Assembly (NCBI GenBank): GCA_963662715.1
Contig: OY759724.1
Location: 60,001-92,000 of the forward strand
Length of the DNA stretch: 32,000 nt
Direction of reading: 5' to 3'
Source: Candidatus Omnitrophota bacterium
GTDB taxonomy: Bacteria > Omnitrophota > Gorgyraeia > Zapsychrales > JANLHA01
The notes beneath the pieces are model-generated. The model ran no database searches. It worked only from the letters and a program-made list of their open reading frames with translations, and was not told the DNA's origin. Position 1 is the stretch's first letter, and every line of letters begins with the position of its first letter. Positions 16,702-26,135 of the stretch are shown piece by piece. The position numbers were made by a program, and so were the translations under genes.

Positions 16702-17628
16702 TCAGTTTCGTCCGTTATTGGCATTAAGGAAATTACCGAAAGGATCATATTTTTCGGTCTTGATAAGGATTCCGTTATCATAGTATTTTCTATACATGAC
16801 CGCGCCATTCTCATAGAACTCACTAATCGCCGTCGTGCGCCCGTCCTGCAGCTCTAAATCTCTCATAATGGCCCCACTGGGGTAATATTCCTTAATCTTA
16901 ACAGACTTACCGGCTTCCAAGTAAGTCTCCCGCATCACTGTCTCATCTTCATAAAATTCCCGCTCAATGGCAACTTGCCCGTTGACATAAACGGTCTCAT
17001 GGGCGACCTGGCCTGAATTATCATATTCCTTCGTGACACCTTCTAAAACATCATTTTTGTATGTCCGCTCAAAAAGGAGTTGTCCGTCCTTGGAATATTC
17101 CTTACTCACACCGTTAAGCTTATCATGGCCATAAGTCTTTTCGTAACGCACCTGTCCGTCAATATATTGCCGATAAATTCCGTTTAACTTATTATCTTTA
17201 TAAACCTTCTCAACCAATAATGTCCCTGTGGCAGCAAATTCTTTCATGCTTCCATCCATCTTGTCGTTTTTATAGTTTGATTCGATATGCACGGCTCCGG
17301 ATTCATAAAAATTCTTGGCAACACCTTCTTTCTTGCCATTAAGGAACGTCGTAAGAGATTTTAATCCGCCATCATAATAATAAGAATAGTCAGTTAGCTG
17401 AACCTGATCGCCTTGGATGACTCCTTCCCGAATCAGATTCCCGCTTTCATCAAATTCCCGAAAACGACCGTGCCGGATTCCATTCTTATATGTGTATTCA
17501 TCCTGTAATTTGCCGTTCTTGTAGTATGTCCGGTGAACGCCGTCTTCAATCGGCTTTTCACCGCAACTTAAACTCGATGAAAGCAATGCGATCAGAATGA
17601 ATATTTTTATGAGACTGAATCTATTCAT
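16702..17628 (-). CDS. MORN-variant repeat protein (YwqK-like repeats) with N-terminal signal peptide, possibly a lipoprotein
   Basis: 308 aa. The signal peptide is MNRFSLIKIFILIALLSSSLSCG. About 11 tandem 23-24-aa units of the form xxKxYYxNGxLxxExxYKNxKxxG follow. Confidence 0.85.
   Translation of the reverse strand: MNRFSLIKIFILIALLSSSLSCGEKPIEDGVHRTYYKNGKLQDEYTYKNGIRHGRFREFDESGNLIREGVIQGDQVQLTDYSYYYDGGLKSLTTFLNGKKEGVAKNFYESGAVHIESNYKNDKMDGSMKEFAATGTLLVEKVYKDNKLNGIYRQYIDGQVRYEKTYGHDKLNGVSKEYSKDGQLLFERTYKNDVLEGVTKEYDNSGQVAHETVYVNGQVAIEREFYEDETVMRETYLEAGKSVKIKEYYPSGAIMRDLELQDGRTTAISEFYENGAVMYRKYYDNGILIKTEKYDPFGNFLNANNGRN
16726..17538 (-). repeat. tandem coding repeats (~11 units of 69-72 nt) encoding MORN-variant units
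   Basis: Periodicity is visible in the translation: VHRTYYKNGKLQDEYTYKNGIRHG / VAKNFYESGAVHIESNYKNDKMDG / SMKEFAATGTLLVEKVYKDNKLNG / VSKEYSKDGQLLFERTYKNDVLEG and so on. The units are diverged at nucleotide level. Confidence 0.6.
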
Positions 17629-17664
17629 AGGATTTGGTATTGTAAACGATTTTCATCAAAAAGG

Positions 17665-17693
17665 TTGCACTCTGTGTGTATTAATATTATATT
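17665..17693 (+). promoter_or_regulatory. candidate sigma70-type promoter for the plus-strand small ORF
   Basis: TTGCAC (17665-17670), a 17-nt spacer, then TATATT (17688-17693), in a spacer of roughly 25% GC (hand count). AT-rich DNA gives many chance matches. Confidence 0.25.
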
Positions 17694-17759
17694 GTATAAT
17701 AAACAAAAAATGATACAAGGATAAATTTTAATTCTTACCTTACTTCTCAAGGAGTTATT

Positions 17760-18110
17760 ATGTCCTTCCAAGATTTTATGTCCAGAGTCCGTCACATTGA
17801 TAACCTTTGCGCCCGTTGGATGATGCGACATTTTTTCATTATTTTTTTCGAATTCGTACTCGTCATCATATTTTTTACTTTCTTCTATAATACCATAAGA
17901 GCCTTTATCCTGCCCAGTCCTCTTTCTGTCGACAATTCCGAACATCTGCTCATCCAGCTGGTGATCAACATCCGCCTTATTGTCGTACTCCTGTTGCTCA
18001 ATTCCTTTTGGATGTTGTATATCTTCAATGGGATGAACAGGTTAAGATTAATCCTCAAGGAAATCAGCTTCAATCTTTCCAAGAGAAAAAACAGGAATTT
18101 TGACAAATAA
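17760..18110 (+). CDS. small membrane protein, unknown function (only plus-strand gene call in window)
   Basis: 116 aa. AAGGAG (17749-17754) lies 5 nt before the ATG. Two long hydrophobic segments are present (HFFIIFFEFVLVIIFFTFF; LLIQLVINIRLIVVLLLLNSFWMLYIF), with a basic C-terminus. It competes with the in-phase antisense ORF 17625-17945, so the strand assignment is not certain. Confidence 0.5.
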   Translation: MSFQDFMSRVRHIDNLCARWMMRHFFIIFFEFVLVIIFFTFFYNTIRAFILPSPLSVDNSEHLLIQLVINIRLIVVLLLLNSFWMLYIFNGMNRLRLILKEISFNLSKRKNRNFDK

Positions 18111-18115
18111 ATCTT

Positions 18116-19357
18116 TTAAAAATAGTCCAAATAAATTTCTTTGACCTTCTGCGCAATTCTTGCCGCTCCGTATGATTTTCCGTCACTATTGCCCCCGTCG
18201 CCAGAGGCCTTATATATCCCAGACTGCGCTAACCCTATGGCGGCAATAAATTTAGCTGCATTATGCAATCGCCGGGAAGAAATCCTGATGCTGCCTATTT
18301 TGACAGGCAGCCGGATGTGCTCTTCAACACATTCAGGAAGGCCGGGCAACAACGCCCCCCCGCCGCTCATAATAATACCGCTATTTAATTGCGAACCGAT
18401 TTCTCCGGTATTCAAAAAATCTGCAACCGTTGCAACAAATTTACGGATATTGGGTTCAATGGCCTGAATAATAGCATCCCTTTTGACCGGGGCATACCCG
18501 TCTTCCTTTTTAATCAATATTTCTTCATCCCGTCCGCGGTCGGACTCAACAGCCGAGGCATAGGATTTTTTAATCTCTTCAGCCAGATCAAAAGGAATAT
18601 TTAATTTCCGGGATATGCTTTGGGTGATGTGCCTCCCCCCCCAGTTCATGGACATAAGCTTCTTAACTTTTTCTTCTTTAAACACGAGAATATTGGTGAT
18701 GGCAAAACCGATATCAATGAGGACACAACCCTGTCGTTTCTGAAACTGGGTGAGGCATGCGTCTGCCGAAGCAATCGTTGATAACAACAATTGATTCACA
18801 TCATAACCGGCCTGATTGACGCCTTTGACGATATTCTTCAAAATCGTATTATGGACCGTGATGATTAACGTATGAATTTCGAGCTTGCGTCCGTACAGCC
18901 CGACGGGATTCAGCGCCAAGTTCACGTCATCCACCTTATAGTACTGGGGAATCTCATGCAAGATGACTTCATCCATATTGACTCCCAGCAGTTTCGCCTG
19001 TGACTGGACTTTTTTCACATCTTTCTGCCCGATAATCTTCGTGCCTCTTTCTAACAGCGGAATCACAGCAGCGGCGAGTCTCTGGTTGATCAGTTCTCCG
19101 TTGATGCCCAGACGAACGTCCTTGATTTTCACCCCGGTCTTTTTACTCAACCCAGAAACGGCCTGATGGACACAGTCAGAGAATTCTCCCAAATCCGTAA
19201 TAGAGTCTTCTTTAAAGCCGCATGTTCTAATTTCGTAAACACCCAATAGTTGAGGCTTATGCTGTTCCCCGGCTTTCAGCAAACTGGCTTTAATGGACTG
19301 GGCCCCGATATCTAAACCGCAAAACGATTTTTCTCCGATAATATTTTTTAACATCAT
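18116..19357 (-). CDS. ftsA: cell division protein FtsA
   Basis: 413 aa, actin-like ATPase. It has GLDIGAQSIK near the N-terminus, GGGALLPGL, and a C-terminal amphipathic tail KVKEIYLDYF. AAGAGGAA lies before the ATG. It follows ftsQ. Confidence 0.93.
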   Translation of the reverse strand: MMLKNIIGEKSFCGLDIGAQSIKASLLKAGEQHKPQLLGVYEIRTCGFKEDSITDLGEFSDCVHQAVSGLSKKTGVKIKDVRLGINGELINQRLAAAVIPLLERGTKIIGQKDVKKVQSQAKLLGVNMDEVILHEIPQYYKVDDVNLALNPVGLYGRKLEIHTLIITVHNTILKNIVKGVNQAGYDVNQLLLSTIASADACLTQFQKRQGCVLIDIGFAITNILVFKEEKVKKLMSMNWGGRHITQSISRKLNIPFDLAEEIKKSYASAVESDRGRDEEILIKKEDGYAPVKRDAIIQAIEPNIRKFVATVADFLNTGEIGSQLNSGIIMSGGGALLPGLPECVEEHIRLPVKIGSIRISSRRLHNAAKFIAAIGLAQSGIYKASGDGGNSDGKSYGAARIAQKVKEIYLDYF

Positions 19358-19372
19358 TTCCTCTTTTATAGA

Positions 19373-20140
19373 CTATTTTTGCTTGACATAACTGATGATG
19401 GGATCCTTGAGTCTTAAATCGATATAATTAATATTCTGATAATCCAGCTTTCCTTGATGCAGAAGGACGGCTAATGTCTGCACTTTTTGCGGGACATGTT
19501 CTCTGTCAAAAATAATGGTCAAGTCATTCGAGAATAACAAGGTGATCTGTGACAAATTACTGATATCTATCTGGGATAAAGGCCAGTCGAACGCCGGGTC
19601 TTGCGCGCGGATTTCCGCAATGATTTTCAACGCCAGGTGAATGGCCTCTCCGCGGAGAGGCCGACCTAGAACAAATTTCGTTTGTCCGGAAAACCCCTGG
19701 ATGACCGGATATCTCGAGGAAGGAAGAGTATCGAATGAAAGGACATACCCGTCCTCATCCAGCAATATTTCATGCTGATGACTCATAAGGACGGCAAAAG
19801 GCTCCCTTTTCCTTGCCGACAGACAAATCGTGTCAGGAAATTTCCGGCTGACCCGCAGCTTATCGACTTCCGGGAATTGTCTTTGCAGCCGTCTCTGAAT
19901 GGACCGCAGATCGACTGAGAAGATATTTTCCCCCATGATCTGATCGAGCGTCTGGGAACGGACGAACTGCAAGGAGGGTTCTTTCTGAATATCTTTAATC
20001 GTAAAAATCTCCGCATGCTTTAGGAACCACCAGATTCTTTCTCCACAGAAAAAAACAACGAAAAGGATAAGAATAGTTATGATGGTGTTTTTTATGATCT
20101 TATTGCTTTTAGGTTCTTTTTTTACTCGTTTTCTGGCCAT
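19373..20140 (-). CDS. ftsQ: cell division protein FtsQ (POTRA domain)
   Basis: 255 aa. It has a basic N-terminus, one TM (IIKNTIITILILFVVFFCG), then a POTRA-like region (FTIKDIQ...IFSVDLRSIQRRLQRQFPEVDKLRVSRKFPDTICL). Its position between ddl and ftsA supports the call. Confidence 0.85.
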   Translation of the reverse strand: MARKRVKKEPKSNKIIKNTIITILILFVVFFCGERIWWFLKHAEIFTIKDIQKEPSLQFVRSQTLDQIMGENIFSVDLRSIQRRLQRQFPEVDKLRVSRKFPDTICLSARKREPFAVLMSHQHEILLDEDGYVLSFDTLPSSRYPVIQGFSGQTKFVLGRPLRGEAIHLALKIIAEIRAQDPAFDWPLSQIDISNLSQITLLFSNDLTIIFDREHVPQKVQTLAVLLHQGKLDYQNINYIDLRLKDPIISYVKQK

Positions 20141-20196
20141 AAAAATTTCTATCCTTTTTCATAAACAGTTCGTCAATAAAATAAACTTGGTATAAT

Positions 20197-21174
20197 TTAC
20201 ATGTTTTTAGTCGAAAACACAACCTTATTTCTTTTTTGAGAAAGAACAAGGATTTGCAGACAAAGCTCAGAGAAAGAATAACCCGCCTCCCGGGCCGCCA
20301 TGGGCAGCAAACTCGTTGCCGTAAATCCGGGGATGGTGTTCACTTCAAGAAAAAAAGGACGGTCATCGGGTCCGAGGATAAAATCCATGCGGGCAAAATC
20401 CTGACAGCCCATCCCCCGGAACGCCCGTAAACTTAACTCCTGAATATGCCTTGCGGCATCAGGCGATATTTCTGCCGGGACAATGTAATCCGTCATGCCC
20501 GGTTGATATTTAGCCTGAAAGTCAAAAAAAGCGGTCCGCGGCCGAATCTCGACCAAGGGCAAGGCTTCTTCGCCTAAAACCCCGGAGGTAATTTCTTTCC
20601 CCGGGACATAGGCTTCAACCAGGACTTCATCATCCAGTTCAAAAGCCTGCCGGACAGCCTCTTCATATTGCGGGGGATCGGAGACAATATTGATACCGAT
20701 GCTCGACCCTTGAGCCGCCGGCTTGACAACCAACGGAGGGCCCTTTAAATCACCGGCGAGCTGAGGAAAATCTCCCTTTTCCCCCTGCGTCAAAATAACA
20801 TGGGCGGGAAAAGGGAGCCCTTCCTCACGCAGTTGCCGGAAGGTCAGCACCTTGTTCATCGCCAAATGACTGGCCCGGGACCCCGACCCGGTATAAGGGA
20901 TATGGTGCATTTCCAGCATTTTCTGTACGGTGCCGTCTTCGCCAAAAGCGCCATGCAAGGCGATAAAAGCTATCTCAACGGCCTCGTTCCTTATGGCACG
21001 GATGAGCGGCTCTTCCTCCGTCGAGTCGATAACAATCTTAACGACATCACATCCGGCCTCCTCCAAGGCGGAAACAACAGCTTTACCGGACTTCATCGAA
21101 ATCTCTCTTTCGGAAGAAGGCCCCCCCATAAGCACTCCGACCCGTCCCATTTGTTTGGCCATTGAATGTGTCAT
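20197..21174 (-). CDS. ddl: D-alanine--D-alanine ligase
   Basis: 325 aa. The N-terminus is VGVLMGGPSSEREISMKSG. ATP-grasp motifs follow (PLVVKPAAQGSSIGI, FFLEVNTIPG). Confidence 0.93.
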   Translation of the reverse strand: MTHSMAKQMGRVGVLMGGPSSEREISMKSGKAVVSALEEAGCDVVKIVIDSTEEEPLIRAIRNEAVEIAFIALHGAFGEDGTVQKMLEMHHIPYTGSGSRASHLAMNKVLTFRQLREEGLPFPAHVILTQGEKGDFPQLAGDLKGPPLVVKPAAQGSSIGINIVSDPPQYEEAVRQAFELDDEVLVEAYVPGKEITSGVLGEEALPLVEIRPRTAFFDFQAKYQPGMTDYIVPAEISPDAARHIQELSLRAFRGMGCQDFARMDFILGPDDRPFFLEVNTIPGFTATSLLPMAAREAGYSFSELCLQILVLSQKRNKVVFSTKNM

Positions 21175-21207
21175 AAAATCCCCCGAGCTTTCTTTTTATC
21201 CGTTATA

Positions 21208-22578
21208 TTATGTCTCCCGGAGAGCCGTAAGCAAACGCTCCCCCGCCTTGTAAATGTCCCCTGCGCCTAAAGTCAAAACAACATCCCCTGCCCTGACAAA
21301 GTCCAATAAATAATCAACGATTTCGTTCTGCGGCAAAAAACAGACATTTTGATTTCCCGCCTGTTTCATGCTCGCGACCAAAGCTTCCGAATTTACGCCT
21401 TCGATCGGGACCTCACTTGCTCCGTAGATATCCGTCACAATCAATATATCAGATTGTTTCAGGGCCTGCACAAAATCATGGAACAAAAATTGTGTGCGGG
21501 AATATCGGTGAGGCTGAAAGACAGTGATCAACCTCTTATTTTTCAGAAACCGGGCAGCGCTTAAGACCGCTTTTATTTCCGTGGGGTGGTGGCCGTAATC
21601 ATCGTAAATACAGACCTCCTTGGCCCTTCCTTTTAATTGCAGACGCCTGTTAACACCAGGATAGGATGCCAGAGAGCTGGAAATAGCTGAAAAATCCAAA
21701 CCGATCTTTATGCCGACCCCAACACAGGCTAAAGCATTTAAAACATTATGTCTTCCCAAGGTCGGCAAAACCACCTCCCCCAAAGCCCCTTGATCCGTTA
21801 CGCAGGTGAAACGTGTCTGAGCCAGTCCTTCCGTATCGAACTGGATGTTTTGGGCATAAAGGTCATGCCGGGGCTGGAATCCATAAATCAGACGGTCGCG
21901 GTCAACCGCCGGCAACAACTCCTGCAGGCGCTCATCCTCCCCGCAGACAATCAGAGTTCCCTCGGGCTGAGTTTGATTTAAAAACTTTTTATAGGATTGC
22001 AGAATATGCTCCCAGGAACCGTAATAATCAATATGTTCATAATCTATATTTGTGACAACGGAAACCTTCGGATGGAACAGCAGAAACGACCCGTCGCTTT
22101 CATCGAGCTCAGCGACAAAATAACCGCTTTCTCCAAGAAGCGCATTTGCATCCAGGTCCCGGATCATGCCGCCGACAGCGACGGTCGGTTTTAACCCGGA
22201 CCGGATCAGCAGATGCGCGACCATGGAACTTGTTGTTGTCTTCCCGTGAGCCCCGGCAACCGTAATCCCCGTATGCCCGTCCATCATCTGGGCAAGCAGC
22301 TGCGCTCTTTTTAAAACCGGAATATGCTGCGTCCGGGCCGCCAGGAGCTCCGGGTTATCCGCTTTTATGGCTGAAGAAAAAACGACATAGTCCGGTTGCT
22401 CAATATGCCCGACATCGTGCCCGATAGCAATAACAGCTCCTTTCTCCCTCAACGTTTGAATCAAAGCGCTTTCCTTAACATCGGAGCCGGAAACCTTAAC
22501 CCCCTGAGACAGCAGCAAGGAAGCCAGCCCCGCCATTCCAATACCGCCAATACCTATAAGATGATAGTGTTGCCCCAT
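21208..22578 (-). CDS. murC: UDP-N-acetylmuramate--L-alanine ligase
   Basis: 456 aa with HLIGIGGIGMAGLA and the P-loop AGAHGKTTTSS. Confidence 0.95.
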   Translation of the reverse strand: MGQHYHLIGIGGIGMAGLASLLLSQGVKVSGSDVKESALIQTLREKGAVIAIGHDVGHIEQPDYVVFSSAIKADNPELLAARTQHIPVLKRAQLLAQMMDGHTGITVAGAHGKTTTSSMVAHLLIRSGLKPTVAVGGMIRDLDANALLGESGYFVAELDESDGSFLLFHPKVSVVTNIDYEHIDYYGSWEHILQSYKKFLNQTQPEGTLIVCGEDERLQELLPAVDRDRLIYGFQPRHDLYAQNIQFDTEGLAQTRFTCVTDQGALGEVVLPTLGRHNVLNALACVGVGIKIGLDFSAISSSLASYPGVNRRLQLKGRAKEVCIYDDYGHHPTEIKAVLSAARFLKNKRLITVFQPHRYSRTQFLFHDFVQALKQSDILIVTDIYGASEVPIEGVNSEALVASMKQAGNQNVCFLPQNEIVDYLLDFVRAGDVVLTLGAGDIYKAGERLLTALRET

Positions 22579-22618
22579 AGACCTGCCTTTTGTTTTTTTC
22601 AGTGATGCCGCTGAAATT

Positions 22619-23713
22619 CTAATCTAATGATTTTCCCGCGAATTGCAGAATTTCGTCCGCAAGTTTTTCCCCGGCGCCCGGCCTCGCAGAAAAATCCCGC
22701 GCTCCCCGGGTTTGCGTCGACCGCCTTAATGTTTCTACCGCGGTCACTAAGGCCTCTTTGGATAACTGTTTCTCTTCGACCACCGTGGCCAGTCCCGCAT
22801 CTCTCAAGACCTTAGCATTCTCCATTTGATGGCCGCCGGCATACGGGTAAGGCACCAGGATAGCCGGAAGCTGAAAACTGAGAAACTCGGTCACCGAAGC
22901 CGCTCCCGCCCGTGCGATGACGGCCTGGGAGACACAATAGATCTGATCCATATGTTCGTAAAACGGCAGGACACAAGCAGAAACTTTCCACCGCCGGTAT
23001 TCTGAAAGGACCTGGGAATAGTTGGCTTCCCCGGCTATGTGAATGACCTGGTAGTCCATGCGCTGCAAAAGAAAAGGAACGCTCTGCAGCCAGCAGTTGT
23101 TAATACGCTGGCTCCCCTGGCTCCCTCCCAAAACAAGGATCGTATAAAGCCCTTCTTTTAACCCAAGCCCATCTAAAATTTGTTTCGTGTCATAGGGGCC
23201 TTGCGGCGTGTGCCCGGGACAGCCCGTCAAGACAGTCTTGGAAGGGATATAACGCTGTGTTTCTTGAAAACTGACGGCAATTTTCTGGACAAAATGCCTC
23301 AAAAGACGTGTCGCCTTCCCCGGATAGACATTCTGCTCATGAATCAGTGTGGGGATATGTTGAACGACAGCCGCCAGCACCGCAGGGACACTCCCGTATC
23401 CCCCAAAACCGATAACACAATCAGGCCGCCGGGAACGCAGCAGATGAAAAGCATGAAAAAAAGATTTTAGCATTTTATACAAAAACTTTATGACACTCAA
23501 GGGAGAGCGGCCTGAATATCCGCAGACATCGAGCGGAAAACCCTGCAGACCTTTCCTTTCAATTAAAGACGCGAAAGACCTGAAATCACCTGTCAACACG
23601 ACAGAATGCCCCCAAGCTATCAGTTCTTCGGCGACTTTAACAGCCGGGATAATATGCCCTCCGCTGCCGGATACCGCAAGGGCAAAAGTCATCTTATCTC
23701 TCTGTTCGGACAA
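22619..23713 (-). CDS. murG: undecaprenyldiphospho-muramoylpentapeptide beta-N-acetylglucosaminyltransferase
   Basis: Motifs VSGSGGHIIPA and VLGGSQGS are present. The ORF-track start at 23713 is TTG with an AGGGAG-like SD upstream. An alternative ATG at 23692 gives MTFALAVSGSGGH. Confidence 0.92.
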   Translation of the reverse strand: MSEQRDKMTFALAVSGSGGHIIPAVKVAEELIAWGHSVVLTGDFRSFASLIERKGLQGFPLDVCGYSGRSPLSVIKFLYKMLKSFFHAFHLLRSRRPDCVIGFGGYGSVPAVLAAVVQHIPTLIHEQNVYPGKATRLLRHFVQKIAVSFQETQRYIPSKTVLTGCPGHTPQGPYDTKQILDGLGLKEGLYTILVLGGSQGSQRINNCWLQSVPFLLQRMDYQVIHIAGEANYSQVLSEYRRWKVSACVLPFYEHMDQIYCVSQAVIARAGAASVTEFLSFQLPAILVPYPYAGGHQMENAKVLRDAGLATVVEEKQLSKEALVTAVETLRRSTQTRGARDFSARPGAGEKLADEILQFAGKSLD

Positions 23714-23772
23714 AAAGGCTCTCCCTTCATTCCATATCTTTTCTTAAACAAACTCCTCGGACGCCTTTCGGG

Positions 23773-24861
23773 TTAATGATCCTCAATTCTTGAAATATTT
23801 AATAACAGCGCAACGGCGATCATATTAAAAACAAGCGAGGACCCGCCGTAACTGATAAACGGCAACGGCAGGCCTTTGGTCGGCAGAGCCCCGATACTCA
23901 CCCCGATATTTATAACAGCCTGCAGGCCAATAAGAGAAACTATCCCTATACTGAGGTAATATCCGAAAGGATCTAAAGTACGCTTGGCAATCCGTGCCCC
24001 CTGCCAGATAAAACAAATAAACAGAGCAATAACACTAAATGCACCGACAAAACCAAGCTCCTCGCCAATAATGGATAAAATAAAATCCGTATGAGCGGCC
24101 GGCAAATAAAACAATTTCTGCACACTTTTCCCCAGCCCCACCCCCCACAATCCGCCGTTGCCAAAGGCCAGCTGGGACTGAATAAGCTGAAATCCCGCCC
24201 CATGAACATCCTGCCAGGGATCAAGGAAAGCCACGATTCTTCTCCATCGGTAAGGGACTCGAACAACCAGCACATAAAAAGCCGGCAAACTTAATAAAAC
24301 AAGGGAAAAAAGATATCGCAGCCGCGTCCCGGCGATAAAAATCATAATAAGGCTTACGGTAAAAATCAGCAGCATGCTCCCCAGATCCGGCTGTTTTAAG
24401 ATAAGCAGCGATATAACCCCTAAGACCAATAACAAGGGCAGGAATCCTTTCCGGAAATTTTTTATTTCATGCTGCTTACGGACTAGAAAGTCAGCGACAT
24501 AGATTAAGACACAGATTTTTGTCATCTCCGAAGGTTGGAAATGAATCGGTCCCAGCCTAAACCATCGTTGCGCACCGTAATTGGAGACTCCGATTCCAGG
24601 CACTAAAACAAGGACCAGCAGCAATACAGAAAACAGCAACAGCGGCTTGGCGTATTGTCTTAAATCCCGGTAGTCCTGGGACATGCTTGCCAGAGAAAGG
24701 ATAAAACCGATCACAACGAAAGACAGGTGCCGTTTCAGGAAATGCAGTCTGTCCCCCAAAACCTGCATGGCGTAAATTCCGCTCGAACTATAGATCATCG
24801 TTATCCCCAAGAAAATCAGCAGCATTGTAATTGTCGCAATAGATATTCTGAGTTCTCTCAT
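23773..24861 (-). CDS. ftsW: SEDS-family peptidoglycan glycosyltransferase FtsW
   Basis: 362 aa, polytopic, with the C-terminal motif LPTKGLPLPFISYGGSS. Its position between murD and murG supports the call. Confidence 0.92.
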   Translation of the reverse strand: MRELRISIATITMLLIFLGITMIYSSSGIYAMQVLGDRLHFLKRHLSFVVIGFILSLASMSQDYRDLRQYAKPLLLFSVLLLVLVLVPGIGVSNYGAQRWFRLGPIHFQPSEMTKICVLIYVADFLVRKQHEIKNFRKGFLPLLLVLGVISLLILKQPDLGSMLLIFTVSLIMIFIAGTRLRYLFSLVLLSLPAFYVLVVRVPYRWRRIVAFLDPWQDVHGAGFQLIQSQLAFGNGGLWGVGLGKSVQKLFYLPAAHTDFILSIIGEELGFVGAFSVIALFICFIWQGARIAKRTLDPFGYYLSIGIVSLIGLQAVINIGVSIGALPTKGLPLPFISYGGSSLVFNMIAVALLLNISRIEDH

Positions 24862-24869
24862 AGTCCGCC

Positions 24870-26135
24870 CTATTCAATTTCATGGACAATCTGTTTAAAG
24901 ACCGTTCCCCGCTCCTCAAAATTTTTAAACATATCAAAACTGGCGCACATGGGGCTGAGCAGGATACAATCCCCTTCCGCGGCGGCTTCCTGTGCGCATA
25001 AGACAGCATCTCTTAATGTGGCCGTTCTTTCCAGGTTCACGACGGCCTCAAACGTCTGAAAAAATTTTTCTTTCGCTTCACCAAAAGCAATCATTTTCTT
25101 CACTTTTTTCCGGACCAGTTCGGACAACACAGAGTAGTCAAGATTCTTATCACGGCCGCCGCATAAAAGGATAATAGGTTTATCAATGCTTTCTAAGGCC
25201 CAACGCCCCGCTTCAACCGTCGTGGCTTTAGAATCATTCACAAATTCTACGCCATGCCAGTTCCGGACAAATTCCAACCGGTGCTCCACCCCCGGGAAAG
25301 ACCTGAAAACATTAAGCGCCACTTCTTCAGGGATGTCCAGGATACGGGAGACCGCAAGAACGGCTTTCCAGTTCGGGTTGGACACCTTTTCCTCTTCCGG
25401 CTTCCCCGAATGATCAAAAAATACGACCTCCGCTGGCAGAGACTCTGCTAAAAGGCGCAGTTTCTGACAACCATAATTTAACACGGCAAAATCCCGGGCT
25501 GTCTGATTTTCAAACAACCTTTGTTTAGCCGTGAAATACTCATCCAGGTCCTTATGGCGGTCTAAATGATTCTGGCTAAAATTCAGCCAGACTCCTATAA
25601 AGGGACGAAAACGCTCTATGGTCTCAAGCTGAAAAGAGCTCACTTCCAAGACAACAAAATCGGTTGCCGCCAGGTCCATCACGCAGTCAGAAAAAGGGAT
25701 TCCGACATTGCCGCATAAGGTCGCCCGCAGCCCCGCCGCTGTAAGGACTTCCGTAATCAAAGTGACGGTGGTCGTTTTCCCGTTGCTGCCGGTAACGGCA
25801 ATAACGGGCTTGGGACAAAAACGAAAGGCAAGTTCAATCTCCCCCCATATTTTTATATTTTGTTCACGCGCCCAAAGCAAAGGAGGGGCATCATAACGGA
25901 CCCCGGGGCTACAGACGATCAGGTCACTCCCCGATAAAAACCCGTCGGAATGTCCGCCGACTTCGACACGGACACCTTGCTGTTCAGCCCAGGCCAGGAA
26001 ATCAGCAGGGAATTTCTCCATTCCCCCCTGTTCGGATATCGAAACCTGCGCGCCTTGCCGGCATAACAGCCTTACGGCAGCCAACCCACTCTTGGCTGCG
26101 CCTAAGACGGATACTTTTTTCCCTGATAAATCCAT
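24870..26135 (-). CDS. murD: UDP-N-acetylmuramoylalanine--D-glutamate ligase
   Basis: 421 aa with the P-loop AVTGSNGKTTT. Its ATG directly abuts the mraY stop (TAAATG). Confidence 0.95.
   Translation of the reverse strand: MDLSGKKVSVLGAAKSGLAAVRLLCRQGAQVSISEQGGMEKFPADFLAWAEQQGVRVEVGGHSDGFLSGSDLIVCSPGVRYDAPPLLWAREQNIKIWGEIELAFRFCPKPVIAVTGSNGKTTTVTLITEVLTAAGLRATLCGNVGIPFSDCVMDLAATDFVVLEVSSFQLETIERFRPFIGVWLNFSQNHLDRHKDLDEYFTAKQRLFENQTARDFAVLNYGCQKLRLLAESLPAEVVFFDHSGKPEEEKVSNPNWKAVLAVSRILDIPEEVALNVFRSFPGVEHRLEFVRNWHGVEFVNDSKATTVEAGRWALESIDKPIILLCGGRDKNLDYSVLSELVRKKVKKMIAFGEAKEKFFQTFEAVVNLERTATLRDAVLCAQEAAAEGDCILLSPMCASFDMFKNFEERGTVFKQIVHEIE

Noticed and set aside
17625-17945. 106-aa minus-strand ORF ending in an ATGA overlap with the MORN gene
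   Set aside because: Not firmly rejected. It is in exact antisense codon phase with the plus ORF. Its K/E/N-rich N-terminus mirrors the plus ORF's F/I/L-rich helix. Its C-terminal third is encoded by intergenic-looking DNA of about 25% GC, and its SD is weak. I favour the plus ORF, but only expression or homology data can decide.
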